Below are positions 13,241-27,600 of a stretch of 64,000 nucleotides of DNA, in pieces. The position numbers and the translations under genes are program-made. Origin of the DNA: the human T2T-CHM13v2.0 reference genome, Homo sapiens; NCBI RefSeq assembly GCF_009914755.1, contig NC_060925.1, one strand, 5' to 3'. The notes under the pieces are model-generated. The model saw only the letters and a program-made list of their open reading frames with translations, searched no databases and had not been told where the DNA came from. Each line of letters opens with the position of its first letter. The first letter of the stretch is position 1.

Positions 13241-13749
13241 TGTGGTGGTTAAAACTGAGTGTGTCAACTTGATTGAATTGAAGGATACAAAATATTGATC
13301 TTGGGTGTGTCTGTGAAGGTGTTGCCAAAGGAGATTAACATTTGAGTCAGTGGGCTGGGGAAGGCAGATCCACCCTTAATCTGGATGGACACCATTTGAT
13401 CATCTGTCAGCAAATATAAAGCAGGCAGAAAAACATGAAAAAGCGAGACTGGCCTAGCCTCCCAGCCTACATCTTTTTCCCGTGCTGGATGTTTCCTGCC
13501 CTCAAATATCGAACCCCAAGTTCTTCGGTTTTGGAACTCAGACTGGCTCTCCTTGCTCCTCAGCCTGCAGACAGCCTATTGTGGGACCTTGTGATCATGT
13601 GAATTAATACTTAACAAACTCTCCTTTATATATATATAAAGATTGCCAATATATATATATTAAGATTGCCACCAAGACACTTTGGGTTGGAATATATATA
13701 CATACATATATATTCCATTAGTTCCATCCCTCTAGAGAACCCTAATACA
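13241..13749 (+). mobile_element. MLT2A-type (HERV-L) LTR, right end of the chimeric provirus
   Basis: TGTGGTGGTTAAAACTGAGTGTGTCAACTTGATTG...GGAGATTAACATTTGAGTCAGTGGGCTGGG...(TA)n...CTCTAGAGAACCCTAATACA. Confidence 0.9.
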
Positions 13750-15026
13750 ATGAAAAATTAATATAACAGTATTCTACACTAACTGATCCAGTATAGTCTT
13801 CTGAGTACATTTTTCACTTTTTTGCTTATTGCATTTATAGAACTCTTGGTTTAGTGCTTAAAGCAGGAGAAAAAATGAAGAATGTTCCTCCTTTTCTCAT
13901 CTAATTTAATAAACACTTTTGAATAAAGCTCAGACCCACCTAGAAAAACCCACAATCTATTCAGGTGAGATATGTGTAAAAAAAATTACAATAAAATGTG
14001 ATACATAAAACTAATAAAACTTAGAGACCATTTGCCTAAAGGAATCATGAAAGGGTCACTGAGACACAGTTTTAAATAACATTGGACAATCACCAGTTGT
14101 AGAAAAGGGCATTCCAGGCAAAAGGGTGTGTAACTGTATGGAAGCAATAATAAGTACAACATTTTCAGGAAATAAGGAGAATTTGGTGTGACTAGGCCTA
14201 GATGCTTGTGGGGAGGCCAGGCTATAAAAAGATGTAAAGTCTAGGCTGTAGAGAGCTATGGAAGTCATGTAAAAGAGTTTGCAGTTTATTCTGCGGATGA
14301 TGAAAAAATATTAGACATTGTAAGCAGGTGAGATTGTTAGAATATTTGCATTTATAATCAAAGATGTAGTAATATCATGGGTGAATGAGATGGGGAGAGA
14401 ATAAAGGCAAGAAAACGTATTCAGAAACTACTTCAGAAGCCCAGGTGAGAGATAACATGGCCTTCAACTACAGGGTAGCAGAGGAAATGGGAGGAATAGA
14501 CAGGTGAAAGGCAACTCAGAGGTTGGCTTGGGTGACTGAGTTGAAATGAGGTCAGAACAAGGGACAGGGAGTTTCTAGCGTGGGTATTTGGGATGTACAT
14601 GGTTGCTACGTATTTCTGTCAACAAGGTGAGCTGAAAGTACCTGTAGAATATCTCCAAGGAGAACATACAAAGGATAACTAGAAACATGAGCCTGAATGT
14701 CAGGGTTGGGTGGAGCTAAGGGAATGATGGTGAGATTCATCAGCAAGCTAATGAAGACAGTGGCAGTGGAGGCGAATACAGACAGTGAAATTCCCTAGGG
14801 AGAGCTGTGATGTGGCTCAAAAGAGGGCGCAAAACAGTGCTCCAGGGAGCACAAACATTTAATGGATAAGAACAAGGTAATGAAGAAGCAAAAGGAACAG
14901 GGTTCAGAAAACCAGAAAAGCCAGTGCCCTGAATGTCTAGGGAGGGAGATTTCTAAAAGCAAATAGTCAATAACATCAGCAACTTTTCCTCTGGTGACAG
15001 TGTACTTATTTCTTTTAGTGAAGTAA

Positions 15027-15362
<336 letters not shown>

Positions 15363-15603
15363 CTGACATATATACTTTAAGCAGTCAAAGTATTTGGTCC
15401 TTTTTCTTTCTCTTTCTCTGCCCCCTGAAACTCTTAAAAGGAAGTTAGGGATAGTTGTCTGGAACATCCCAGTTCCTTATCATAATGTTAAATGTGCACC
15501 AGAGCTGGGGGACATTTAAGAGCCAGACACCATGATCTAAAAGATGCTAAATAAAGGTATCTGCTGAAGGTAGGAAAGCACTGGCTTTGGTCTCATTAGT
15601 TAC

Positions 15604-15863
15604 CTGTAAACCCGACTTGACAGGTGCACTCATAGGTATCCCGGCTGAGCATATGGCATGTGCCGCCATTCAGGCAAGGTCGAGACACAAAGCATGGATG
15701 AGATGTCGAGTACTGGCAGTCCTCTCCTGTAAACCCTGAGGCACATCGGCACGTGGCTTTCCCCAGCATGGCCTGGGCCACACAAGTCCCACCATTCTGG
15801 CAGCGGTTCTTCTCACAGGGGTCTCGATGTTGACAATATTCCCCCAAGAAGCCTTCTGGACAT
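15604..15863 (-). CDS. NOTCH2NL: NOTCH2NL exon 3 (260 nt), end of EGF1 plus EGF2-3
   Basis: catacag|ATGTCCAGAAGGC...GGGTTTACAG|gtaact; encodes [27 protein letters not shown]...[10 protein letters not shown](G). The phase fits exons 2 and 4. Confidence 0.97.
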
Positions 15864-17680
15864 CTGTATGGAAAAGAGAAGAGTCCATGAAAACACCTGA
15901 CTTCTTGTAAGTCCAAAAAATTACAGTAAAACAATACAGTCCAATCAAGAAAGCACGAGATTGTGAATCAACAGACCTACAAGGACCACCTATAAAACTG
16001 CTTCCCTTTAGAAGAAAGAGTCCTTAGAGAACTTAACCACATACTCCCATGTCCTTTTGAGTCCTGGCAGGTGACAGAGTATCAGCTGTATGGTCTAGCA
16101 GGGTCTGCCATGGCCAGTCAACATGACCCTTATTCAAACGCAAAATGCACCCCAGCTTTTTTTCATGTGTGTACAGGTTGGGATGGTGTAACAGCACCTT
16201 TTTTAGAGCACTGTTCGTACTTGTCTGCTTAAATTCATTAACTTTCTCATTTTGACTAAGCCATTTGATAGGATTAAGATGTCCACAATATAATGCATGA
16301 ACTTGACCCTATTATCCCCTCCAATTTAAAATATGTAAGATATCATGTGCTTTTCCTCAATTAAGCATTGAGAAATAGTAAGTGCTTCTTTCTCTTATTT
16401 CCACTGAAACATCAATTGGATGATACCTAGTTTTCTGGGTTATGTTCAGGTGGCTGACATTACAACGGAAAAAGGGAAAGGAGGTACAGGAATGGGGAAG
16501 AGTTCAAAGGGATATTTAAAAATCTGTTAATATTTAAGTAGGCATTTTTAACCAAATAAAAAGACACAAAATATAATTAAAATAACATAAAATATCTAAG
16601 ATACCATATAAACACCAAAGTCAAGGAAGGAATCAATTGAAGAATAACATTCTATGATATTTTCCACATTGAGGCACTGAGGAACCTTTTTACATGCCAC
16701 CCCTTGATTCATAAGATGTACAACCATTTCAAACTGTGTGTATTATTTATGACAATTTTCTCTGAACAATATCAAAAAGGCATGGTAAGTCTCCATTTTC
16801 ATAATGAAGTTGTTTAAATGGAATCTCTGAGAAGCATTTAAATTAAGAAACACAAACACTTTGATTCTAACTATAAATGCTGCTATATATTTGGCTGGTG
16901 CCCCAAATATGTGATTCAACTTATTCCTCGTTTTAGTTTTCAGGGACTAGAAAACTGAATCTAGTAGGCTGTTCCACCATTACCTCAAAGATTACACATT
17001 TAAACCAAACTCTAAATCCCCCTCTCAAAAACCAGCTTTTCTGTGCCCAAGCCTTGTTGTCCTGATTTTCCTAATCATTGTGACCTGAAACATTGGGGTC
17101 ATGAGTGCTTTTGTCTTTGACAGTCATATCCAAGACCTTTCATTAACCATTGGTTGGCAAGGCTAGCTAGCAGGGGTCACAGTTACTGAGAAAAGAGGGA
17201 AGGCCAGATACTAGGGAACTAAGACAGAAAATGCCCAGAAGAATTGTGTAGTAGCTAAAATGGCTAAAGGAGAAAACAGGGTGGTGAATAGCTATAGTGG
17301 TAGTGAGGTAACTGGCCACAGCCTCTTCACCCCTCCCAGAGCTGCATAAGATAAGCATGGCAGAGCAAGGAGCGGCTAAGGCTCTGGGCATCTTCATGAG
17401 TAGGTGTAGCTACAGACCAACAGGCAGTGAAGAAAGTTCATAGCACTGAAACCAAAGATGGCATGCAGGTGACTGTGAGGAGTCTGTATCAAGAAGGTCA
17501 GAAGGTCTGGTTTGGAGTTCTGGTGCTGTGACCTTGGACAAGTTACTTATCTTCATTGACTATCCATTTTCTCACATTGTAAATAGTTAATAAGGTCACC
17601 TACATCATGAGATTATTCTAAGAACTGAACAAAATCAAGTATGTAAAAAACCTTATAAATGTTAAAAAGTTTTGCAAGTG

Positions 17681-18014
<334 letters not shown>

Positions 18015-18591
18015 TTATTGAGGAAAATACAATGCCCCATCCAAATCACAGCTTGATTTGAGAATAGTTTCTTGTGTTGGTTTTTTGAAGTGGAGGAGCA
18101 AAAAGTGCCAATGTAGCATAGCTAAAATTAACTCTGAGATATATTATTAAAAGCATTTGCAGCTTATTCAAGAAATGTGTTATGAATGTTAAAAACTGCA
18201 ACACAATTCTCACTCACAGTGCAGCCCTCTGGGCATTATTAGATGACTCTTCATTCTCCCATATGGGAATTATGCACCTTCTAAATAATGGCAAATTTTT
18301 AAACGTGGGTGGGCTTTGCTCAGCTTTGCTCCTGAACTATTACACCACCCTAACACTATCATGTGGCATATGCTAAGAGAATGCAAAGTCATTTAAATGG
18401 TAGCATCATAAACATATAATGGAAATATAAGGTTCCCAGGAAAACAAAAATGAAGCAAAATGGAAGTTTCTAAAGCTAAACAGATGTATTTCTGAATTAT
18501 TTGTTTCTACAGTTTAATTCACATTGTTGCTCCCTATCAAGTATGGAAAAATAAGTTTTAACCTAAGATATATTTAAGAAATCAGTAAAAC

Positions 18592-18915
18592 CAGAGATTG
18601 ACAAAGTACAGTTTGCAAGTCTAATTTGGACCACTGCCTGTTTTTGTTTGGCCTGTGAATAGTTTTTTACATTTTTAAATGATTAGAAAAAAAGAACAAA
18701 AGAAGGATATTTTCTGACATTTCAAAATTATATACAATTCAAATTTCAGTGTCCATAAATAGTCTTACTGGAACACAGCCATGCTCATTCATTTATAGAT
18801 TGTCTATGGCTGATTTTCCACTACAACAACAGAGTCAAGTAGCTGTAATGAGACCACAAAGCCTGCAAAAATAATTACTCTCTGGCACTTTACAGAAAAA
18901 GTTTGCCAACTTCTG
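18592..18915 (+). mobile_element. MER58-type hAT-Charlie DNA transposon
   Basis: TTACTGGAACACAGCCATGCTCATTCATTTA...TTTACAGAAAAAGTTTGCCAACTTCTG. Confidence 0.8.
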
Positions 18916-19034
18916 AGTAGAGAACATATGAAGGCTAATTCTATAAATACCATCCAATATGCTTATTAATAATGATCGGTTTCTGATAGGAAATCAACCT
19001 TATTAGTTTCCACAAAGAATATTAAACTTATAAT

Positions 19035-19520
19035 CGTTCATTCACACAACAATTAGTAAATGCCTATTATGTGCCAGGCATTTTTCCAGTGCTAGAAAAA
19101 TTCTTACACTCTTGGAGTTTACATTCTAATAGCGGAAGACGAAAACAAAATTACTAAGTAAAAGATGCACAATAGATGGAGTTAAGTGCTGTGAAAAAAA
19201 ATTAAACAGGAAGGAATGGAGCTGGGGATGAGGGTGTGGGGTGAGCAAAGAGAAGTATCTCAGTTTAGAATAGGAAAATCAGAGAAGACCTTCACTGACA
19301 ATACTTGAGTTGAGACCTAAATAAGGTGAGAGTAATCATGCAGGTATCTTAGGAAAACACATTCATGAGAAAGGGAACAGCAAATGCAAAGGCCATAACA
19401 CAGAGAGCAGCCCTAGCGTGTTTGAGAAACAGCAAGAATATCTGGAGCAGCAGAAAATAGATGAGAGCTGTAACTGGGATGTGGATCAATTGGGGCCTTT
19501 AAGCCACTGTAAAGAAAGAC
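19035..19520 (-). mobile_element. L2 fragment
   Basis: TTCATTCAC...AAATGCCTATTATGTGCCAGGCA...GGAGTTTACATTCTA; boundaries approximate. Confidence 0.6.
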
Positions 19521-20719
19521 TTAGGGTTTTCCTCTAAATGGGATAATACTTACATATGAGGTACAACAGACTTACTCTCCTAAAGCCCGTGTACAGAACC
19601 ATATATTTGCTTTACGTGAAACTAGACCTACTGTATTAATAAAGTTTGATTTCTATTTAAAATGTTTTAGAGGGCTGGACATCAGCTTAGTTCTTTACTT
19701 TTACCTTAGAAGATATACAAGTCTCTTTTAACCCACACTTTCATGAGGTCCCATTTCCCTTTCCAAATTATTGTTTCACAGCTAACCTTCTATGACTGTA
19801 GCCTAATTTCAGATATTCCTCTTTCTTTTCCATCTACTTCTTACTTATCCCTCTGCAACAAAACTTTAATTCTAATTATTGTTTAGAAACTGTTTTCTAA
19901 AAACAATGACTTTCCTCTAGTCAAGTTCAGTGGTCTCATCTGAAACTTCATAAGGAAATTCTCTCTCCTATAGGGAGAATTGCTAACCACTCCATGTACC
20001 GTTTTAATCATTTTACCTTGGCTTCTATGCCTCCCTCTGTCTAACTCAAAACCCAGTGAAGTCTTAGTCTGGATTGCTGATTTCTCCTTCTTCCCCATCT
20101 ATTATGGCCACCCTAATGTTTAAGTCTGGACTGCACTGCTCTTTCTCTCAAATGCATTTGTTACTGTTGTTGTTCACTTGGTTTTAAACAACTTCCTTCC
20201 TGTAACTGACTCCAAAATACACTGTTCCAGTCCCATATGTTCAGTTTTCTAGAAGTCATCTCTCTATCCTAATATGTGCTGCCACTATTTGAAACTAAAC
20301 ATTTGTAAAAGGAGATCATCTTCCCAAGAAACTTTAATTATTCAATTTTTCTAAGGCTTCCACACACAATTTAAAGTAACTTCATCTCTTTAAGTTGTAT
20401 ATAATTTATTACCACATTCTGACAAGACTTGTTAACTGAATTCCTATAATACTTATCATTCGTGTTCACAGTTTCCTTTTTGATACAAATTCTGATCATC
20501 TTAAAAGCCTCAGGCCAGACATCATCTTGTTGCTGGCTTTTCCCCCATTTCCAGCCATCCTTGGAATAACAGAACCTTCAGATTCAAGAAATTTAATTTC
20601 TATCCAATTAAGTAATCATTTCTAAAATATTTCTAAAAGATGATCACCAGCCTCTGCTTGAATACAAGCATGTAGCATGGTGCCGGATAAATCTTGAGAA
20701 TTTAATAAATGCTTGGAGT

Positions 20720-20940
20720 TATTATTGTTCTGCTCTTAAGAGTACAGACTCTGGAACCAGACCACCTGGATTTCAATCCCAACTCCACCATTTACTCAAT
20801 GTGTAATCTTGGGCAAGGTACTAAACTTCCCTGTCGTAAAAGAGATGTAATAACAGTGCCTACTTCATAGGATTTTTAAATAAGGGTAAAGCACTTAGAA
20901 CACTATCCAGCACATAGTAAACACTATGCATTTGTTAAGT
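20720..20940 (+). mobile_element. MIR
   Basis: AGAGTACAGACTCTGGAACCAGAC...TGTGTAATCTTGGGCAAG...AAAGCACTTAGAACA. Confidence 0.7.
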
Positions 20941-21039
20941 GAAATTACTGGCTGACTACTTCAACAAAAGAACAGTCTTCAATGTGGGTGGATTCCACTG
21001 TGAGAAAGCTCTTTCTTAATTCTTCAAATTCTGCCTCCC

Positions 21040-21560
21040 TTCCTAGGTATATACCCGAGATAACTGAAAACATATGCCCAGATAATAAAAATGTTCATAG
21101 CAGCATTATTCATAATAGCTAAAAAGTAGAAACAACCCAAATGCCTATAAGCGGATGAACAGATAAATAAAATGTGGTATATCCATAAATGAAATATGTG
21201 GCCATGAAAAGGAATGACATTCTGATACATGCTACAACATGGATGAACCTTGAAAACATGCTAAGTGAAAGAAGCCACACACAAAAGGCCACATATTATA
21301 TAATTCCATTTATATGAAATGTCCAGAATATGCAAATCCGTAGAGATAGAAAGTAGATTAGTGTTGCCAGGAGCTGTAAAGAAAGGGAAATAGACAGTGA
21401 CTACTAAGCAGTAGAGAATTTCTTTCAGGGTGATAAAAATGTTTCGAAATTAGATAATGGTGGTGGTCTCATAACTCTGGAAATACTGAAGTCTACTAAA
21501 TTAAACACTTTAAAAGGGTAAATTTTATGATACATAAATTATGTCTTAACTTTGAAAAGA
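21040..21560 (+). mobile_element. L1MB-like 3' fragment
   Basis: CCTAGGTATATACCC...ACATGCTACAACATGGATGAACCTTGAAAACATGCTAAGTGAAAGAAGCCA...CACTTTAAAAGGGTAAATTTTATG. Confidence 0.85.
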
Positions 21561-22002
21561 ACAAACTTTGTCTCTCTACAATTTCCAGGTTATCTCTACC
21601 CTCTAGAACAAAAAAGAACAAGCCTTCTGCTTCTCTTACACGTAGCCCTTCAAGAATCTGAAGATAGTTATGTGGACCTTTTGTTTTCTTTTTTCCAGGA
21701 TTCAATGGTTTGGCATATTCCTCAGTATAGGGTTATTTCCAGGCTTCTTCACCTTTTTAGTGGTGCTTCTATGCTTAACAGTAGTAATAATAATCAGAAT
21801 GACCAAAATTTTCTGCCTCCCTTCCCAGGTATATACCCGAAGTAACTGAAAACATATTTTCTAAGTACTTAACTATGTATTGTATATTTGCTAAGCATTT
21901 GATAGCTATTGTCTCTTGTATTACTCGCTCCAGTGCTATATTATAATCTCCATTTTATATATGAGGAACTCGAAGCTTAGAAAGATTAAGATTTTACAGC
22001 TA

Positions 22003-22298
<296 letters not shown>

Positions 22299-24544
22299 TC
22301 ACAGCTAGTAGATGGAAGAGGCAGGATTCAAACCCAAGTAGACTCTAGAGTGCGTGTGCTTCAACACTAGGCTATCCTGCCTCCCCATCACTGGATGACT
22401 CCAGTTCATCAAAAACCTCTTTAAAAAGTGAGGCTCAAAATGGAAAAAGGCTTAACACATGTTCTTACCAGTGCAGCACAGAGCTGAACCATGACCTCCT
22501 GATCTGGACACTATGCTTTTACTATTTCAGAGTAAGTTCTTAAACTGAGGAGGCATCGTGAGAGCGCAGTTCAAGAAAGAATAACGCTCCGACTCATACC
22601 CAATGGATATGTGTACTTTTTTAGAAGCCACAAAATACTACTATGTGCTATGGAATACACACTCAGCTAAAATATTCAGAGCCTTATTTCACATGAACTA
22701 CTAGTGTACCCTATTTTTCTCATCTTATACTTGTAGCACATGTTTTTTGAACCCAATAATTGGAACTATCATTCATTCCTTTTAAATCCATCATATTGAG
22801 TCTTTACTCCAAGTTTCCTTGATTGAGACAACTTTTACATTATACTCATACAATCACAGAATTTCAGCAGTGATCTCAGAAACCAAATGGTCTGAACCCC
22901 TATAGCACTGAGAAGGACACCAAAGCTAACTGATCTACCCAAAGTTGGTTATCTGTGAATCTAGCAATTTCCCCAGTTTTACAAATATATCCCTATCTTC
23001 ACCTAGACCTTGCAATGAAACAGTACTTAACTGAAAGTGTATGACTAAGTCTTGCCCCAAGACTAGCACTTATTCAATCAGCTCTAACATCCTAAATGGA
23101 CCAGCATCCTATCCATACCTCTCCTCTCCCTAAGGACAGTCTGGAAATTCCTTGCTGAACCTAAGCATATGACTAAAAGAATAATCTTTCCTAAGCATAA
23201 TTTTCATGTCATTCTTCTGCTCAGAAACTAGCAACAGTATTAATACCAAGCCTTTCAAATCCAAGTTCTTTACAATCTCTGATCTGCTTGTCTGTCCCAT
23301 TCCAATCATCTAACCATCTTACTCTTTAGTAATCCATAACTCGAACACTCCATATTATTTCCACAATCTTGTTTACTGTCCCCTATATTGAAATCTTTTT
23401 AATTTCCAGTGAGAAACATCATGCTTCCCTTCTGGTATATCTCCAACTTAGGTTCCTTTCTTCCACCCTTTTTTCAAAAATCTGCTGTAAACCTGTCCTA
23501 TAGTAAGCCTTCTACAAATCATCCCACCTGTCTCTGATCCTTCCAACAGCAGATGTAGTGCCATGTCATGCACTACATTGTCTCCGCTGGTATGGTTCTT
23601 CTTTATTTAAGCCACTGTTATGTCTTTGCTGTACCTTTCTCAAACTCCCATCTAGATAGTTTTTGTGGGGAAGACCCTGTCTTGAACCCTTGGTGTAGGT
23701 TCCCTGAATACCTGAGTACATAAACCCCACTAAGCAGCTGGTTCCAAAGCAGGCTAAATTTCATGTGATGGATAAAGTCAGTCTCTCAATCCAAATGTTC
23801 CACAAAATCCATCTCTACTCTGTGATCTGTCTGGTAGAATAACAGGCCAAATCAACCTAATAGTCATCCTGAGGTATAGAATTATCCTTCACACCCCAGG
23901 AAGCTAAGCAGCATTATGGACATGGGAAGAAAGGGGAGTAATAGCTAAGACAGTCAGAAATAACAGACCCTTGTTTCCTAAGGCAGGAGATCTTTCAACT
24001 TGCAAATCCCTGTTCAACTGTGGTATAAGGAGAAAATATACTCTGTTAGTCTTGGTGGAAAGTAAGGTTCTCTGCTTGAAAACAAGGGCTTAAATAGCTG
24101 TCTTCTTGAGATGGCTAAAGTTGAATTTGGTTAGAGAGTGAAAACATGGCTAAACACCCAACATCCCTTACGTATCTATAATTCCATTAAGCTACCCAGC
24201 ACACATTTTGGAAAATAGTCTACCACTTGAACTAAAGGTGTATATTCTAAAAAATAACCACAAAAATCTAACAGATGCCTTTCATCCGCAAAACTATATG
24301 AATGTTTCCCTCCTGTAGGGAGTTTATTAATTATTTTCATAACTGTCTCTTCAATGTCTCTCAGTGACTTCTACTTACTCTCTCTTCTCTAGCATTGGAA
24401 CTCTGAAAGAACATACTTCGCAGATGAGGTTGTGAATACAGAGAAAGGTTTGGGGAGCATTTTTCCATTTTAAACTCTATAAACTAATCTGAATACTTAC
24501 CAGGTCCATAAAGATATATTTATGACTTTTTCTTTAAAAGTCTC

Positions 24545-24680
24545 AGCTGGGCACAGTGGCTCACACCTGTAATCCCAGCACTGTGGGAGGCCAAGGCGAG
24601 CAGATTGCTAGAGCAGAAGTTCGAGACCTGCCTAGGCAATACGGGCAACATGGTGAGAACCCCATCTCAAAAAAAAAAAA
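24545..24680 (+). mobile_element. Alu left monomer / FLAM
   Basis: Single monomer ending in an A tail. Confidence 0.85.
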
Positions 24681-27600
24681 GTGTCATTTCTGACATTGAG
24701 AGGTCCACATTTCCATTGTTACTGTTCAAACATACGCATGGGGTTGGATGTAGAAAAGCAAAGGAAGGAAGAAAACAGAGAAAAACAAGGGATTCCTCCT
24801 AATGGAACTAGAAAACATTCCATTTGAAGGATACCCCTACAGTTTCCTCTCACTTAAGCAGATGAAAACCAGACCCCAACCCTCACATCTCACTAGCAGC
24901 CTGGATTAGTTTACATGTAGCCACTTTACAGATTTCAACGAAGCTGGGATCTGAATAGCAATTCCAATCTATCTGGCAATGGCTGCAGTTCAGGATCAGT
25001 CTCTCTAGTAATACAGGACAGAAAAATTTGTTCTTTCACGTTTCCTAAGTGAATAGCCACTCGTCTACAGAAAAGCTTAAAACAGTGTAGCAGCTTGTGT
25101 CAGCTCCAAGATGACTGAAGTCTGAGCAGGAAATAAGCCCCTTTTCCAAATAAAAGCCAGTGTTCTCTCCCCTTGTTTTCTCCACCGAATGTTCTGTATC
25201 AGCAGGTTGAGGCCAAATTGCATCCAGGGCTTTGCTGCAGCTCTGTCTTTAGCTTTTTTTTTTTTTTTTTTTAAAACGAGGATTTGGCCATTCAAGAAAC
25301 AACAACAACAACAACAAAGCAAAATCCCACCACATACAAGAAGAAAAAGAGAGGCATGCTTTACAAAACAGCTATTTCAAAGTCATGATTTTTAAAAAAA
25401 CTATACAGAATGTGGAACGAAGGGGAAAAAAAAGTCTCATGTGGGTTGCGTCGGCACTGCAGCTGCTCCTCATTAAAGCTCCTCTTTACTCCCTCTGGGC
25501 TAGTTTCCAGCAGAAAATTCTTTAAACAGAACTCTGCTTTCAACCCACTTTCTTCTTGCACTGGGCCTCTTGGCCCCCCAATCCACAGTGGCAGCCTGCC
25601 CTAGCTGAGCTCTAGAGGGGGGAGCTGTCGTTAAGGTAAATGAGGTAAGGGCAGGGGAAAAAACTAACAAAACCCAGAAACCAAATTAAGCATCGGTCAG
25701 TAACAAAGGTCTGCAGTTTGAAAGGCTCCAAATCAGTCTGTTCTTTCCTGTGACCATAATGCCAGCTTAGTTTCCTGCCCCCCTACTCTGTCCCCCCTGT
25801 TAAAGTAGATAAAAATAATTGCTAACAGCCAAGGCTAGCTGGAACCAGTGAAAGTTCCTATGTAACATTCAATTCCCAAGGCTGCGACTACAAACTTGTA
25901 GGTACCCTAGAGCCTATAGAATCAAGTCTAAACTTCTAGGCTGGCATTCAGGAGGCCTAACCCACCTATTGGTCTAGACTCACTGGTCTCCCTCCTTTCA
26001 GTACCTCCTGGCTGAGGTCTGATGGGCTTGTCAACTTTTTAATTCTGTCACTCTGTGTAAAGGTAACTAACTAGGTTATGCTAATTACCAACTTTGTTTT
26101 AAAAACATGCATGAAGACTTCTAGTTAACTTCCTGGTAAAGAGGGGAAAAAAAGAGAAGAAGCTCTGTCATACTACTTCTTGCCATTCCCACTCTACTCT
26201 CAACCCCCCCTTCTCTCAAATAAAAAGAAAGAAAAAAAAGGAAATACTATAGCTTACTCAGCAAGAAGGAAAAACAAAAAGAACTTTAAAAAAAAGTATT
26301 TGTGTATAGATTGGTGTCCAGAACTGGGACGCTTGTGGTAAAACACACTTTCTAGTGTAGTTTTTCTAGGGCCTTACTAGTTGTATGTGAAGGAAACAAA
26401 GACAAGTATACAATCTCTCACTCTCACACACGTACACACACACATACACACTTTTATCACAACCAATACACAAAGACTACCAAATACTGCAGGGCAGCTC
26501 ATTTTTCTACTATGTAAATTCAGCTTCCTGGACAGACCATTTCTGCTTTTCTTGTAGAAGTATTTCAGAAAATGTTAATCTTGGTTCCCACATTAGGTTG
26601 CATGCTTCCAAATTAAAAGTTTCCCACAGGAAAAGAACTTCATGAGGAATTGTGAGGCTGGGAATTATCTCTGAAACCCCACCTCACTTAGTTTACATGT
26701 GTTAGGTTTTTCACCCCCTCATCTGAATAAAGCATTAAATACACACTGATTTTAAGAAACCTAAACCAAAAAGAAGCTGAAGTGGTACGGACTTTAAAGC
26801 TGTTGATTCACAGCATCATTCATCTTCACTCAGATTATGAAATCAGTAACCACTGCAATGAGAAACCATGCTTTATTTATACAAGAACTTTACAAACATC
26901 CTTATCTTCCAGTTTACAGTCTGGGCTCATTTATCAGAACTCAAAGGCTGAGCTGAGCACCTAGTCTCTTCAATCATCACTTGAAAGATTGGGAAGGGGC
27001 ACACAGTGTTAAAAGACTTGTGTTGTTGCTATAACAGAAGGTGGTCTTTCCTCTGTGTTCCAGAACACAATCAGGATCTTACCATACTTCACTGCACTGG
27101 ACTCTGAGAAAATATCTACTTGTGATTAAAACATGGCAAACACATTCTAGACATATGAGTTTACAAAAAACACCCTTCGATGTAATGGACAAAACTGAAT
27201 GAGTTAGCTCAGTTGTTCCCAAGGTATGGGCTGTGGAGTTATTGCAAGGGATTGCAATCCTCATAAATCACTTTCTAAACTACTAAACAGTATCTTGTCC
27301 ATATTTAAATATATGTATATGCTTTTATGACTAGTAAAACATAAAGATATATTAAATGATTCTTGAATTCTTAGATTTTGACAGTATACATTGTATTCAA
27401 ACAACACACTGAGAAATTGTTTCATCTCAAGCTCTCTCCTTTATGCGCTATACTCTTGCTAAATGCCTTTCAGCTCCTAGAAAATGCTATAGTACACTAC
27501 TTCTCACTTCCAGACCTCTGTACACGCTGTTCAGTCAGCCCAAAATGCTTTTCCCCACCTTCTCATGGCTAAGCCCTAAAATTTCATTGTATCAACTTAA

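Noticed and set aside
26621-26629. RBPJ-like TTCCCAC/GTGGGAA motifs (also near 3264, 5193, 45083, 52712, 62238) as Notch autoregulatory sites
   Set aside because: A 7-mer occurs about this often by chance in 64 kb, and I saw no paired or clustered arrangement.
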